This document shows positions 23,301 through 38,300 of a stretch of 64,000 bases of DNA, piece after piece. Source of the DNA: Callorhinchus milii (taxonomy: Eukaryota). The stretch covers positions 30,072,001 to 30,136,000 of the forward strand of contig NW_024704742.1 of NCBI RefSeq assembly GCF_018977255.1, in the 5' to 3' direction. The position numbers were made by a program, and so were the translations under genes. Position 1 is the first letter of the stretch. Each line of letters starts with the position of its first letter. The notes under the pieces are model-generated. The model was given only the letters and a program-made list of their open reading frames with translations. It did not search any database and was not told where the DNA came from.

Positions 23301-26300
23301 AGCATCCAGTACAGCAAGAGCAAGTTGAAAGATCACTTTGATTCCCTCGAAAAAGAAACAGTCCACAACAACTACAGCACTTTCAAAAGGCATTACACTG
23401 AGGAAGATAGTGAGGAACCAGGAGAGCGAGATCGTGGAGATGACACCCAAATCTTGCATACAGTCATAGAGCTGAGGTACATAATCCCGCGTAAGCTCCT
23501 CAAACACACCTTGATCTACCAATGCTCCTAGAAGAAAAACAAGATAAATCAGCATTGAACCTTTGAAATAAAGTTGTTGCAAGCCAAAATATTTAACTTG
23601 GAAGCAACAAAAGACTAAAACTTAAACAATTCTGCACATCTTTCCTGAATGCTCACTTCAATTGCTACATACATATGTGAATACTTTTAAAGAGAATCCA
23701 AACCAAATAATAGTTAAAGATACTGGATAAAAACAAAGCATTAATAACCAGTGCATGCATTTCCAGGCATCTCTAGATTTGATTCACAATAGAAATTGAG
23801 CTGGGTTATCTGCAAGTATACCAGCAGACAGCAATAAAGAATATACATTCAACAAGGCCTTAATCCAAAATTCAGACACACCAGACTAATTGATTCATAT
23901 TTATCAGGAAAGAATATTTAGTTGCATTAAAGACAGGATATTATGGTTGCAGAAGAGCTACATGTCTGTTTCCTCCTATTCATAACTTTCCAGATCAATT
24001 TCAGCAGCAGTACATTTTGTCACTAACATCAGACAGCTCTCTTGTCTGATATCATTCAGCATTACACTGTAATATCAGTTCTGTCAAAATAGGCTCGAAA
24101 TTTGGGCTGCAAGGATTATTAAATAATAATCCTCAATTTAATTAAATTATTATTTAATTATTAATAAATAATCCTTGCATTTGATATAGCATATTATCGC
24201 GTCTTTGAGACATCTCAAAGAGCTACAGAATATACTGTAAAGTGAATTGACTATTTTATGGGCAAAAAAATTATAATTCATAAATCAAGAGTCAGAGGCA
24301 GATTGACTAAGGACAGAAGGAAGCAAAGTTAGAGCTGACAGTAGAATTGAGCAGGATGGAACAGAAGATGAGTGGAACACATTAGAGACCAGTAGACCTT
24401 GTAGACAGGCCAATTGAAACTAAATATGGTGCGAACAAATTGTCAAAACTCTTCCCATGGGAGTTAATTAACAGTGGATTTCTCCTCAGCACTCTTCCCA
24501 TCCTGAAACAATAGCCCATAATTTGACATACTCCAATTTGAACAACTGACGACAGCGGGCTATTATGCACAAAAGTATCAACATAGATGCAAGAGACCAG
24601 AATTTAGAAAGGAAGAATGATGGTTACAGAATTTCATTGTACATACAGATGTCATAAGAATGCAAAAAGAATGTTAGTTTGCAGAGTGGCATCGTCAGTA
24701 TGATTTAACTAAACGCTCTGCTTAATGCCCCGGTAGAGATGACAATGCACCTTTAATTCATATATCATTTCACATTAGTCAACATTAAAGATGCATTACT
24801 GCTAAGCTTTAATGGCTGCACTTTCAGTAACTAAATACTACTTACCAACCACTCTAGTGTTGTAGTAATCTGGCAGCATCCGTTCACAGAGTGCAACCAG
24901 CAACCAGAATGCTTCTTCCTCTTTTGCATATAGTAGCAGTACTGAGGTGACAATGTTCATTGCCTGCAAATTTCCACATATATAAAAAAACTAATATTTA
25001 GCAACTTTCTATCAATGGAAAATCAATACAACTTTGTTTTAACCTAAAAAAAATAAGGTATTCTTTTAACCAATAGTGATGTTATAAAAGCTACTCAATG
25101 TTGACAAGCTAATTGTTTGTGAACTCAAGTTTTAGATTAGTCAAGAATAAAATTACCTTATGCAGTCTATATACAGAAATATAATGAAAGACTAATTTTT
25201 GGGGGGATTGTTGGCCAGAACATGAGGAAAACTCCCTTCTCTTTTCAAATAGTGCTGTGGGATCTTTAACATCTATCTGAATAGGCAGACAAAAGTCAGT
25301 TTAACATCTTATCTGAAGAATGCCACCTCTGGCAATATAGCGCCCCTCCCTCACTGCAATGGAGTGTCAGCCTACACTATACAAGTTCTGGAATCTTAAA
25401 GTGGGGTTTGACTCAGAGATGAGTGCTACCACTGAACCAGGCTGACACTGATCATTGAAATATAAAAGCATTTTGTTGTTCTCGGAATACTTAAACAGCC
25501 CAGCAGATTATTTAAAAAAACACCTCCGAAGATTTTCAGCAGTCACTGCCTCAGACAGTTCGTTTTAGTGTTTCGATTGACAAGCCAGCTTTTAAGCCAG
25601 CTAGCAAAAGTGCAATTAAATCTCAGTGCATTTCAGCTGAAAGTTTTGCAAATGTTCAGCATTTGCCCTCTGAAAACCCAAAGAAATTACATTTGACAGA
25701 TAGCCTGGCTACAAATAGTTAGATATTTTGGAAATGAAAGGTTGAAAATTGTCCAACCAAAATACCACCATATAGAAAATGGCATTCGGGCACTAAACTA
25801 CGTTTTGACACTATGCGTTTAAAGCAGATAAAATAAAACAGATCAATTCCAACCAACCACCAAAACTACAAGTTAAGCAACAGTTAATTCAACATTTCTA
25901 ATGAAATGTGAAGTAAAATCATTACAGTAAGAGAATAAATAATCAGCAAGTCAGGTGTTGACCTTACTGATGTATTAAATGGTTCCCTTAGCCTGACAAT
26001 TGGATTTAAAATCTGTTCATCTAAAGACTTAGGTGAGGAATACATTGAAAACATCTACTTTCAGATTTCATCCAGGTTGTCCATTAAACATTGTCTATAT
26101 GGTTTAGAACACAGCTTTGTCTGCCTTCTGCAATATCAGGCCTAAGAAATTCAAATATCGAGGAATAGATACATAGACTGACTATAGCTTTCATCACAAT
26201 GGAGAAAACTTAGGCTTAACCTAGTGGAAATTTCCAAAGTTACGAAAGTGGTTATCAGGTTGACTAATTAGTCAATCTGATAAAGGGCAAAGTTTGAAGA

Positions 26301-29300
26301 AGTAGAAGACATTGTTTACAAATTCGGAATAACTTCTATCTGAATTTCCCACTCCATGATTTAATAGAAAACGAATTGTCTTTTAGCTGATCTTCCAACG
26401 TCACCTGCATGAACTTCATGGACCAACTACACATATTTAAGCAAACGTATACTGTAATACTTGCAAAATTAAAGTCACTGTTTTTTGATGTTTTTACAAT
26501 TCTAAGCCAGTACATTAAAATCAAATACTGGAACATCAACTGACTTGGCAATATCCTATGTTGGGGTTTCGGAAAGCATATGCAGTGAGGACTCTTCTGA
26601 GAGCACCAATCCCCATCTCATTCTGGAATGCAGGGTGCTCAGGCAGTGAACGGTGCAAGTCCCTCTCGATTTCTTCTGTAGCAAGATTATACTTTCCCAT
26701 TGATTTCTCCACCAACTCAGAGTAGTATCCAGGGTGGGTAGCCATTTCATTTATGGCTCCTGAAATCAGAAATTAGAATGATTCAAGATAAATGTTTCTT
26801 TCCGCAGCTCATAGTGGGGGATTGGGAGATAGGAGTGGAAAGAAAAGAAAATCTTGCAACTTACCTGAAAAACTATTTAAAAAATGCACTATGTCACCAA
26901 ATGTTCACTTACAAAATACAGTCACAACACACTAAATAGAGTATATCCTCTGAAGCGCTTTGAGATGTCCTCCCAGAGTGAAAGGTGCTTTGTTAAATGT
27001 AAGGATTTTTATTATAAGCTTTCAGTGTTTTCCACATTAAACGTGATTAATTTAAATTCAATGTAACTAGCTCATGGCTAAAGCTATCATGCTTTTGGCA
27101 AATGAACACATTCTAAAATCTGAAATTACTGATTTCTATAATCAACCCCACAGAAACAAAACTCCACAGAAACCGTACATACTCAGCAGCGTAGAACAAC
27201 ATTCCTGCATTTTTTGCCAATTTTTCTCCCTTCAAGAGGGGACTACGCTTCCATTCAAAGTCTTATCTAACATCCAAGTCAAAATTCAAAACAATCACCA
27301 ATTGAATCCCAGGCAAGGATACAATTTGAACTCCTGTGCAACTGATTAAGTTCTAATTTAATAAAGAGATGGGTCACACCAAGAATCCTGTTCATGTATA
27401 AAGTTGTGCACAGTTGGTACAGAAGCTACCAGAGCCACTAGATCACATCCTTAACAACAACAAAATTAATGCTTTCACATCGGGAGGATGTCCCAGACTT
27501 GAACAGTCAAGGAGCAGGACCCGATCGTGGAGGGCAGGGTTGGGATGAGGGAGGGCAGAGTGGGTGGCTGAAGGTATGGTCAAAACAGAGGTTCTTGAGT
27601 CATGCCTTGAAGAAAGCAAGAGAGCGAGCAAGGCAAAGGGATTGTGGAATGGAGTTCTAAAGAGTGGGGGCAGATGTTATTAACAATAGCATCTTCACAC
27701 ATGCAAACCACGATTCTCCCCCCCGCCTCCCAGCATTATCCCTGGTCAAGTCCAATGTGGAAGAATGAACACAGGATTAAATGAATTCTCTCAGTACATT
27801 TTTCTAACAAGCTCAAAATTATTATTCAAAAGATTTTTTGTAAAAAAAACACTGAAGTAAAATTAACCTAAATTAGCTAAATTAAAGAGCATTCTGCTCA
27901 ACACAAGTTGAAATGTTGCTTTCTATGTTTGCACACCTGAGAACAGCAGCCAGAGTTCACCCCTCATTCTCTCTGGAATTCCTTTCAGTACAAGCTCCTG
28001 AGTCTTCTCAGTACGATACATGCACACTCCACGGCCATATTCTGCAAAGTGCATTTTCCAGGACTGCTCCTTCATTAATTCCTTAGCCTAATATGGCAAC
28101 AAATACATTAATATACATGCCTCTGGATAGTACAATAGCAAATACAACAGATTTATTAAATTTAAATTAGAAATAAACATCAATAGGCTCACAACTGACA
28201 GCAAATACAAAACAACTGTTTGGAACTTGGGTCGTCTGGATCCAAAATCCTAGGCCCCAGGTTATAAGCAGAGTACGTGTGTGTAAAAGAAAAATTGATT
28301 TTCAGGTGGCCAGGTTATGTCATTTCCTAAGCACTGCGTAAAAGAGGCTCCCTAACATTGCTTCTTTCATGAAAGAGCAATGCCATAATCTGCAGGACTG
28401 ACTTTTGAGCGCTTCCTGCAAATAGCTCACAATATGTGATACCAGTGACATATACTGCACAGGAATTGACATCAGCAGTGATTGGACAACCCAGTCTGAC
28501 AATTTTTAGCATGGAAAGCCAGTTATTCAGCATCAGAAGCTGAGTGTACTGCTCTTCTGTTAGTGTATATCCATGGGAAGTAAGATATGGGAATTATAAT
28601 GGGGTTGTATTTAAACATTTCAACATTCTTTATACAAGTCTTTTTAAAATAATGCTTTCTTTGGTGAGTAGGAGTTACATAATTTAATTACTTAACTGAA
28701 TCTTTAGAACCCTAAGTTTTCTTAGACAGCAGTATAACTTCCCTTCCATCCATTTATTTTAAGTGAGGTTTTAGTGGTTATCCAGTTGTGCTGAAATAGT
28801 TCAGGTAGAAACAGAAATTTTCAGCACTGAACACCTGGTAATATCTTATGTTCGGGTTCATTCAGTCTATTGGTGGTTAGAGTATAGACCTCCAGTCTTA
28901 GTTTTCCACATAACATACTCCTGAGTCATCTGATGCTACAAGATGGAAGCATTAATATTTCCTCATAGGCAACAGAAAAACAAGTCTCATGTGCATCTCC
29001 AGAGTCTGTCAGAAGTCTGGAAGCATGGTACTGGAAGATGCTAAAAGAAATGCAAAACAATAAACTAGGAATTTTAGGTTTTGAGTTTAAGTACAAATTT
29101 CAATTAAAAATACAGATGGTCAGAAATATAGGGATTATCAAAGTTGTTAATTTACCCATAACTAACCACAAGTATCAACTCTAGTGTTAGGGCAAACACG
29201 ACAATGAATAGAAATTCACTTTACAGCTCTAAGCTAGTGACTACAGCACATACCATGGTGCTGTTGCAAATATGGTGGGTTAATAATAAACATGTAGTTA

Positions 29301-32300
29301 TATAAAAACTGTAATAAACACGTACCACTTTGGGATTAAATTCCTCTGGCGACCTACGACGGTACATTGTCATAAGCGTTTGTGTGGCTGTTGGAACACT
29401 GTTCCCATTTTGATTGAACTGGCGCTCTCCATCTGTGTCTGAAGTTGAACTGAGGCTTCTCTGTGGACTGCCTGAAATTATGCTGCTTTGTCTTGAAAAT
29501 ACCTGAAGGACAAACAGTTGACAAGTTGCTTGGAAAATACTTTAATGCTGCCATTGTGCATTAAGCAATAAATGCAAACAGTAAGAAACATTTTAAGTAA
29601 AAGGTGTATTTTAACTACAAAAAGCTGATCTGAAGACTACAAACCTTTACAATGTCAATAAAAGAGCACATATCCATGTGTTTTATTAGCGTCATAATTA
29701 TTGCACAATTCTGCAAGAAATTCAATACTTAAAACATAAATATACAATCAATTCACTTTGCAGTATATTCTGAGAAGCACTTTGAGACATCTCAAAGAAA
29801 TGATAAGGTGCTATATCAAATGCAAGGATTATTATTATAACACAGTAGTCTTTCAGATTCATAATGTACTGCACAAATACTGTTAAAAATATTTTGTTAC
29901 ACATACCTCATCGTCACAACTATTGCTTCCAACAATTTCCTTGTCAAAATAATTTTTTGATGTTGTTTGCTGAAGAAAGTCTGAAATTCTTTGCACCAGA
30001 AAGTCCCTGTCCTTAAGATTGGCAAAAAAGAAAGTCATCCTGTTCTTGGTGCTGATGGACAAAGGGCTGGGAAGCACACTGGAACTGTCGGCTTTTTCCA
30101 CTATTGTGACCTGAAACAAATATACAACAGGGTTCTTTCTACATTTTAGATTTCACCCCCAACTCCCCCCAACTACCTTTTATACACTAAAAAGGTATTA
30201 GCCTAGCTCAGGCGATGTATTCTCATCTCTGAGTCAGGAAATTGTGGGTTTGAACCCCATATCGGGACTTCTAAGATTCTGTGAAGCGAATTGAGATGTC
30301 TGAAGACATCATGAGGTGCTATATCAAATGCAAGGATTATTATTATATGAGATCCCAGTCTGGCCTGACACCTTTTAAGGAAATCCCAATTTCATTTTTT
30401 TTGTTTTAAACTTTTCCCCTAATTTTCTTGTTTGACAGAAATAAAGAGATGCTGGAAGAACAGAAATTGTGAATAAAAAGCAACTTAATATAACTAAAGA
30501 ATTTTTGGATATTTATGGATCATTTCACGGAGAACATGAACTAGTTTAAGCGAGAGCAATATCCAGACATGAAATAGTAATTTTTGTGGGGCTACACAGA
30601 GGCACTGATGAATGCTCGGATATTTGTTGACTATATGATTATTATACCTGTGAGTATATATTTATAGCAGAATGCTAACTAGTAATCTATGAATTAAAGT
30701 TCATGCATCTACAGTTGCTTCCAACACACCAAATACATTGTTGGATTTCATACATACCTCTCTTAAAGGAATGATAAGACTGCAAAGGTTTTCCTCCTTA
30801 CTGGTGAAGCAGATATAATTGGTAGAAACAAACATCTGACCCACAACGTGCATCTTACTAAATGGTGTCCAAAGTGTGCAGTCTGTGTGTCCATCCAATC
30901 GTTCATCTTTAGGTAGTCGGAACAACGCCCTGTATCTCTCACTCTTTGCTCTAGCATCAAGATCCCTAGAAAATACATAAAAATAATTTATTGCAGCTCA
31001 CTGAGCATGGTATGCACTATTGTATGGCAGATTCCCAAGCTTCTCTTTACACAAGCTGCAGACCACTCAGAACTCTGCAACTTGTGTTCTCTATCTCATC
31101 AGGCTCTGTAATTCTTCACCACAGCAGATAAAATTCAAGATCCTCATCCTCGCATTCAAATCCCTCCAACATTCCCCCTAATCCTACCTCTGCAACCCAA
31201 ACACTCCAGCTACTTAGTACCCCACTCAATCTGTCCCATCATGGGTAGGCAAACTCAATTCCAGAGTCTCACCCCCTCCCTACCTTCAAGTTTTTGACTG
31301 CATTTTGGTCACACTGTTTTCCCTACTCAAAATCTTCCTAATCTCCACCCATCCCCAGCTTGGGCTCTCAGTCAGCTCCGTGCTTTGAAATGTCTCCAGA
31401 CATGAAAAGCACGTATAAATGTAAATTGGCAATCATAGTGCTGAATGAAATAACTGATAGTTGATGCCCCTTTACCAGTTTGACATCAAGTTTCATACAA
31501 GTACAGTGCAATGAAATGAGTGTGCACAAAGCAGGATGAAAATTCCTTTTAGTTATAAGATGTGACATTACTAACCGTTTTAAAACAGACACTTTTTGGG
31601 GAGATTTCTTCTTCAATTTTGGGAGTGATTTGTCTTCTTCAAAACCTTCATTATCAAGAAGTTGCCTCATGGCAATGTTGGCAAGTTGTTCCATCAATTT
31701 AAATGTATCGCCAATATTAAGGAAGACAGAGAAAATATAGTCACTGCACCTCGTGCTCACTTTGATCATTTCAGGAAAGAGTAGTGTGGTATTCTTTTCT
31801 AGTTGAACAATGTCTGCCCATCGGATCACTAACTTGGCTAGAAAACAGGAAAATCTTTTTCAGATATTAATAAACAGACATGTCAAACATTTTTCATATT
31901 TAATTTTTATTTCAAAGCACTCCACAGCAGAGTCACTGTGTGTTTTGTGTAGGCAACTAATTTGCATACAGCAATGTCCCACAAACCGCCATCAAAAGAA
32001 TGTCCAATCTTTTAATTATTATTAGGAGACTGTTGGCTGAGACACTGTAAGAAACTCCTTTCTCTTTTTCACTAAATCCATGGGATCGTTAAAGTTCAAA
32101 CTGAACTGCCAGACACTTCAATATTATATTGTACAGTATTACAAACTCATTAGTCAGGTCAAACTTTCTCAGTCTGTTGGCTGAATTTATTGTTGAGTTA
32201 CCATTGTATTAACCTTAATGCCATTCATATCAAAATGATGACTTAAGTTTAGGAAAGAGTGCAAAGGAATACTCTACCTTCTTTACCCAACAAAAACGAA

Positions 32301-35300
32301 TAAAAGCAAAGGTGGTTAATGCTGAGATACATCCAACCCTGTCGAGGAACCCGTCCCTTCCAATAACTGCAAGAATAGTAGTTAACCAACTTCTCTTCTT
32401 CCGGCATCCCAAATAGTTTGCGGAACTTCAATATAGCTTCCTTAAATTTATTTGTGTCGTCATCCTCCTTTATATCATTATTTTTATTGTACTCTGCAAT
32501 TATACCCTAAAATCACAGAAAAGATATATGAACAGCAAGTCCACTTCATTACATAGGACAGGGTTGGCCAACTTGTGGTCCGCGTGATTATTTTACACAT
32601 GCATAATGCGGGCCGCATGTTGATCATCCCTGGCATAGAGCATAACATTTTAAACTGTACATTGTAGGTTCAAAATAAAATGACCATCAATCTTGCCAAG
32701 CCATGCCTAATATGAAATCATTAAAGATTAAAATGAGGAGTGTGTGAGTGAGTGTGTGTATATATTATGAGAAGCATGTGTGTGGGGAATATTAAGAGAA
32801 GCATATGTGTGTGATATTATAAGAAGTATTTAGTGAAATCTATTCAAGGCATGTATCCCATACCAAATCATTTTTTTTAAAATGCTTATACTCAACTTAA
32901 ACAATACAATTCTAATTTAATAGCGACTTGCTACAGCAGTCTTTACTTGAATACAATAGTACAATGATGCCTAAATCTAAGGTGTTGTTGGGAGTTCTTA
33001 AAATCTGAACTTGACTTATGACAAGGCAACAACAGCTGGTTTTCCAATGCGTGGGCACAAACATGTTCCTGTACCAAAACCCTGCTGACTTTCAGGTCAA
33101 GTTCCCAACTTGTGATAATCTTGAAGTCAGTCATTTTAGCGAAAGATAAAACTGCTGACTGCCAGATCATCAGGTCTCCGTTGACATTACTTCTAGTCCA
33201 CTGAGGGCAAGAAATCAGATGGGAGGTGACCTTGTGACCTGGAAGTCAGCCATGTTAGTGCAAAAGCTAGATGGTACATAAGTGATTTGGCCATCTGCAT
33301 GGATGCACACTCAATGGGGTCCACACCCCAACCCAGTTATGTTAGCCCTATTATGTTAGTCCTTGCATTTGATATAGTGCCTTACCATGTTGAGACGTTT
33401 CAAAGCGATTCACAGGATATGCTGTTAAAGGATTGACTGGGTATTTTGTGGGTGAAATATATAAGAACGCATTATAATAGGGCTGTCTATATTTTTCATA
33501 TTAGTATTTATCGTTAGTGCTTTGATGGTACAATCAATTGTCTGGTTACCTGTATTTTACCCTTTACAAATGTAGTGATATCATTTTCATTTTCAAAGAT
33601 TGAAAGTGTCTGCAGAAGATTCTGCTCTAGCCATTCCCAGTGTTCAGTAATTTCCTTCCTCGAGCCACCTAGGAAAATAACAATATTAAACATGTTTAAC
33701 AAGTCTTGATCTATCTAAACTGTTAATCAGCAGTTACGTTTTATCTCAAGATGCTTTTGAAGCTACTAATCTAATTCAATAATTTCCAATTATCAGGCAA
33801 ATTGTGATTGAATGACAGTCATTCACAAGCAGTTCTAGGCTGTCAAACAATGATGGGCGGAGGAACAGGGAAGAAACCAGGGAGGGAATAGGAGAAGTCA
33901 AATTACAATTGATTGAGAGCTGGTGCCGCTTGTGAATGGGTGGTGTGGCAATCCATTCACAAGGGCTTCAGGCTGTCAATCACCTCGGAGCCTCCACTAA
34001 TTGGTCCCTTTCCCATACTCCCACACTCCTCTGCTGGGCGGGAAGAGATAAGAGAACTTCGGGTCTTAGACACCGCCTCAGCTGGACAAAATGTCCGGGT
34101 TAAGTGGCTCCCACTGTAGCTTCCGTACATAAGCAACAAATTAAGAGTTAATATGGTAGATCCATAAACAAAGTTTCCATCATTGTTCATCTTCTATTAA
34201 CTTACTGTAGAAGAACAAAAAAACAAGATTTAATGTTTTAAACACTGAAACTGAAAGGGCTTTTCAATATTGCTTTTCTTCAGTTTTTGTTTATGGATGT
34301 GATCATGAAGACTAGACAAATTAAACTCAGTATCCAGGATTCAAAATTAACAGTGCTTTATTGAAATTTGTTTTTGCAAAAAGTTAAGCACAAGTTGTAG
34401 TGTGCTGAAAGATGTATTAAATGGATGTGGGGGGAGGAAAAAAAATCAAGAACATGCTGGAGGGTGGAGAAACTGTGCTAAAAATATATAACTTACAAGC
34501 AAAGTTTTGTTCTCAATGTTTTTACTCAACACCAATTGCACAATGGTTGTTTAGAACATGTGTCCAAAAATACATTTGTTCCATTTATTGTACTGTTTAA
34601 ACATCTTAGTTGTGTTAAACTGAAACTGGCATACTGGCATTCTCAAGAAGGGAAACTATTTATTGAACATTTGAGAACACAGTAACGCCATGTTATAAAT
34701 TTTACAGTTATAAACTAATTTGAATATTAACCCAAGCTCCATTAGTAGCACTGTTGAAAAAACCTTGTGAGACCAAACTTATATAATTGCAGTTTAAAAT
34801 AACTGTATTTGGTACAACACTGTTCACGTCAAAAAGATATCTCAAAACGCTTCACACAATTCAGTTTATCCAATCTGCGGGAAGGGGGGGGGGGGGGGTT
34901 AAAAAAGTGGCCATTTGAAAAAATAGATCTTGGCTTTTGAAGGTGAGGAAGGACTCCAGGATGGAGTTCCAGAAGTGGAGAGGCAGAATGGCTGAAAGCT
35001 CACCCACTGATTGTAGGGAAGTTGTTATGAAGTCCTGTAGCTTTTGTGGAGTCCTACAGTTTAGTAGTTAGAGCACTCGCCTCACAAGCGAGAGGACCTG
35101 GGTTTGATCCCCGGCCAGGGCGAAATGTTCCGAAAGTTTTCTTACTCCACACGCATCTGTTTAACTAGTAGTAAATAGGAACCCGATTGTTCGATTGGAG
35201 AATTGCTTCCCAGGGATAATAATCCCTTCAAAAAATAATAATATGGTCACTCAATCCATAACTGTTTGTGGAACACTGCTGTATACAATTGGCTGCAGTG

Positions 35301-38300
35301 TTTTGCCCACAAAATATACAGTCAATTCACTTCAGTATATTCTGTGAAGCACTATGAGATGTCTCAAAATGTAAGGCACTATATCAAATGCAAAGATTAT
35401 TATGAAGCAGGCACAAGAAAGCTGAGTGGAGGGAGCAACTGGGGCAGTATGGTTGCAGAGATAGTGGTGGCAGAAGTAGGTAATGTTATGAAGACATGGG
35501 AGGAGCCTGGATGTGGGTTTCATAACTGTTGACAATGCACTTTTGAATTTTTTTTAAAAAAACTTGTCATTTCTAATGAGAATACTAAAGAAGAAGAAAA
35601 AAAAACTTACCACAAGCAACTGCCCAATAGACTACAGAATCAGGACTCTGATAAAGGATTCTATAAGGTGCCACTCGAGCACTGGAGTCCAACACAACAT
35701 CAAGTGTCCCGACAAGCAAGCCTGCAGTACAAGTTACAAAAGAAACTATTAATGGAATCAGTGTCCTATTAAATTCACAATTACAATACTAAAGTATAAC
35801 TACAAGTGTTAGACAAAGTGCAAATTTTTCATACTACAGAGAAACAATTAGCTGTAAAAATTAAGTCACATACATCTATAAGATGACAACCTAATGTTCT
35901 GATAAAACATCTAGTTATCACAAAGCACTTCTAAAATAAAACTAAAGTGTGAAATATTAAGGAATCATTTTTTTTGGTTTTAAATTACCTTACTGCATTC
36001 ATGGCAAATGGTTCTCCAATAAATACGCAACATAACAACAAGAGGAAGAAGATCTTCAAGCCCGACCTGAAAATGGGAAGTAGGGGCAAGGCGAAAGCAT
36101 TGAGGGAAGAGAGTTCCACAGCTAAACACAAACCAATTTGCTCCCAATTTTGAGTGCAATCAGCTTTGAATCATTCGTTAACTACCTAGATTAACAAAAA
36201 AAAGTCAGCTCTTTCCTTGGGCATTTGTTTAAAAATTTGTAAGAAAACAAAGTTTGATAATTTAACTAATTGCTTTAAACACTGTGGTTTCAGGAGATTA
36301 AACAATTGCACATGTTAAATGAAAAGGTCCTACGGAAATATAAATGATTAATAACTACAATTGAATTTTTAAGCTTAAATAGTTCAGCAAGTCCGTTCCC
36401 TGGACTTTCACTTGCTCTCCTCTGTGGAATAGGCTTGAGTAACCTCAAAAATAATTATTGGCTTACTTTCTTTACCATCACATAATCACCATTGTGCTTA
36501 AAACACATCTGTATACTGTTGTTAAACTCTCTGAGTGAAGGGTGGTATATTAAATATAACTTGATTGTTTTGACCACAATTGTGAAGTTAACAGTATGTA
36601 AAAAATAAAGCTTCTAAGATTGCCAACTAAAGCTTCTGAGATTTTGCTGAACTTATTGGCAATAAAGGAATGAAAGAATGTAACACAATCATTACATTAC
36701 ACATTGAACTGAATGTATCTAATATGCATTCAATTCTAGGGGAAACTGTAGTGAAAGTGTTATTCAAAATGCCCCATCAAAAAAAAATTCTCTGGATAGG
36801 ATTTTCAAGCCGCTAAAATAAAAAATTATTTCCTTGTGTCATTCAAGAATATTGATCCTAATGGCTGATTAGCAAGAAGGCCAATGGCAGCTGTCACATT
36901 AAGAAAAGAGACCAAAAAGGAGATTCTATTTCAGCTCCTAACAGAAAGTTTCAAATTACGCCACAAAAAGTAGACATGAGGTACAATGTGACATCCTATT
37001 GTCACTCTTGATTACCATCCATTAATTAATACAAAATGCAATGTCACCAAAATCACCTTCAACTCCACCGCTTCATTAATCATATAACAGAATCATAGAA
37101 TTTTACAGCACAGGGATCCACTCAGGCCATCCCCACTCTTACCCCATGGCACTGCAATCTTTTTTAACCAATTCTCTTTTGAAAGCTGTTATCAAATCTG
37201 CTCTTTCAGGCAGTGCATTCTTAATTTCAAGGAATGAACTACCAACTCACACCAACATTGCTACAAATATTTTAAGCATTGTAATTGATTTATAATTCTG
37301 GACGTTTGAATAATGTTAACCAGGTGCCCATGTGATTTGGAAGCATGTGTACTGGCATAATCACATTGCACCATTGACGAGAGATGAGCACCCAAGAAAG
37401 CATAGTCTGAAGTTGCATTGGGGATTACAAGCCACGCTATTTTGGTATGGCAGGTTGATTTTCTTTTTCTTGTTTTTGTGAATTAGATCTTTCCTAAAAC
37501 AGGAATAGATTCCAAATATAAGATCAAGTAAGTATTAAGAAACTGTTTTGAACCTACATCAACTATAATTGTTATAGTTTCCCTACTTTAGCAACTAATC
37601 AGACATTATCTCACTTTATTTCCAATTTCTTACCCCAAGCTATCAAAATGCAGATTTATCCTTTAAGGTGGAAAGCAATTCAGGATTGAAAACAGAATCA
37701 GGTGGAGTTAAACGCTGTCAGGATGGCAGGAGAAGAAAATGGATCTTTGTATCAAATCACAATATTAGTTTGAAACCATTTCTCTCTAGTTTGTAAGCAT
37801 ACACTCTTTACTATTCTTGGCATCCAGGAATATAACTGCATAAACTTGTCAACGCACTCCATGGGGAATTACTGTTAAGTGTAGGGAGCATTTTTTTGGA
37901 ATGCAAACCTCAGTCGCCTCACTAAACCTCACTTTAACATCTGATTTTAAGAATGACGCCTCAAACAATGCTGGAGTGTCAGCCAAGACGTGAAAATCAA
38001 AGTCCTGATGTGAATCCACATTTTTCTGACTCAGGTGAAAATATTACTACCTAAGCCAAGCAGTCACCCAAGTTACATCTATATTACATTTGCAACTATA
38101 TTATTGTAAAAACAATTCAAGTGTTTGAATGTTTCAAACACTGGAAGAATGTGGGTGTCTGTAGCAATCAACTATAGCATTTTTGACCATGTTGCGAATT
38201 GTCAGCATGAAAGTTGGCACTCATGTCACCAAGCCAAAATTGTGTGAATAAATCACCCAGCCACGATTCCCAGCTTGGATCTAAGAAATAGGAAGCTAAA

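Noticed and set aside
28356..28382. Near-perfect 27-bp palindrome cattgcttctttcatgaaagagcaatg
   Set aside because: Short, flanks do not extend convincingly; no function supportable
33085..33249. 15-bp inverted repeat ctgactttcaggtca / tgacctggaagtcag
   Set aside because: Probably the remnant of an old palindromic MITE; boundaries cannot be defined
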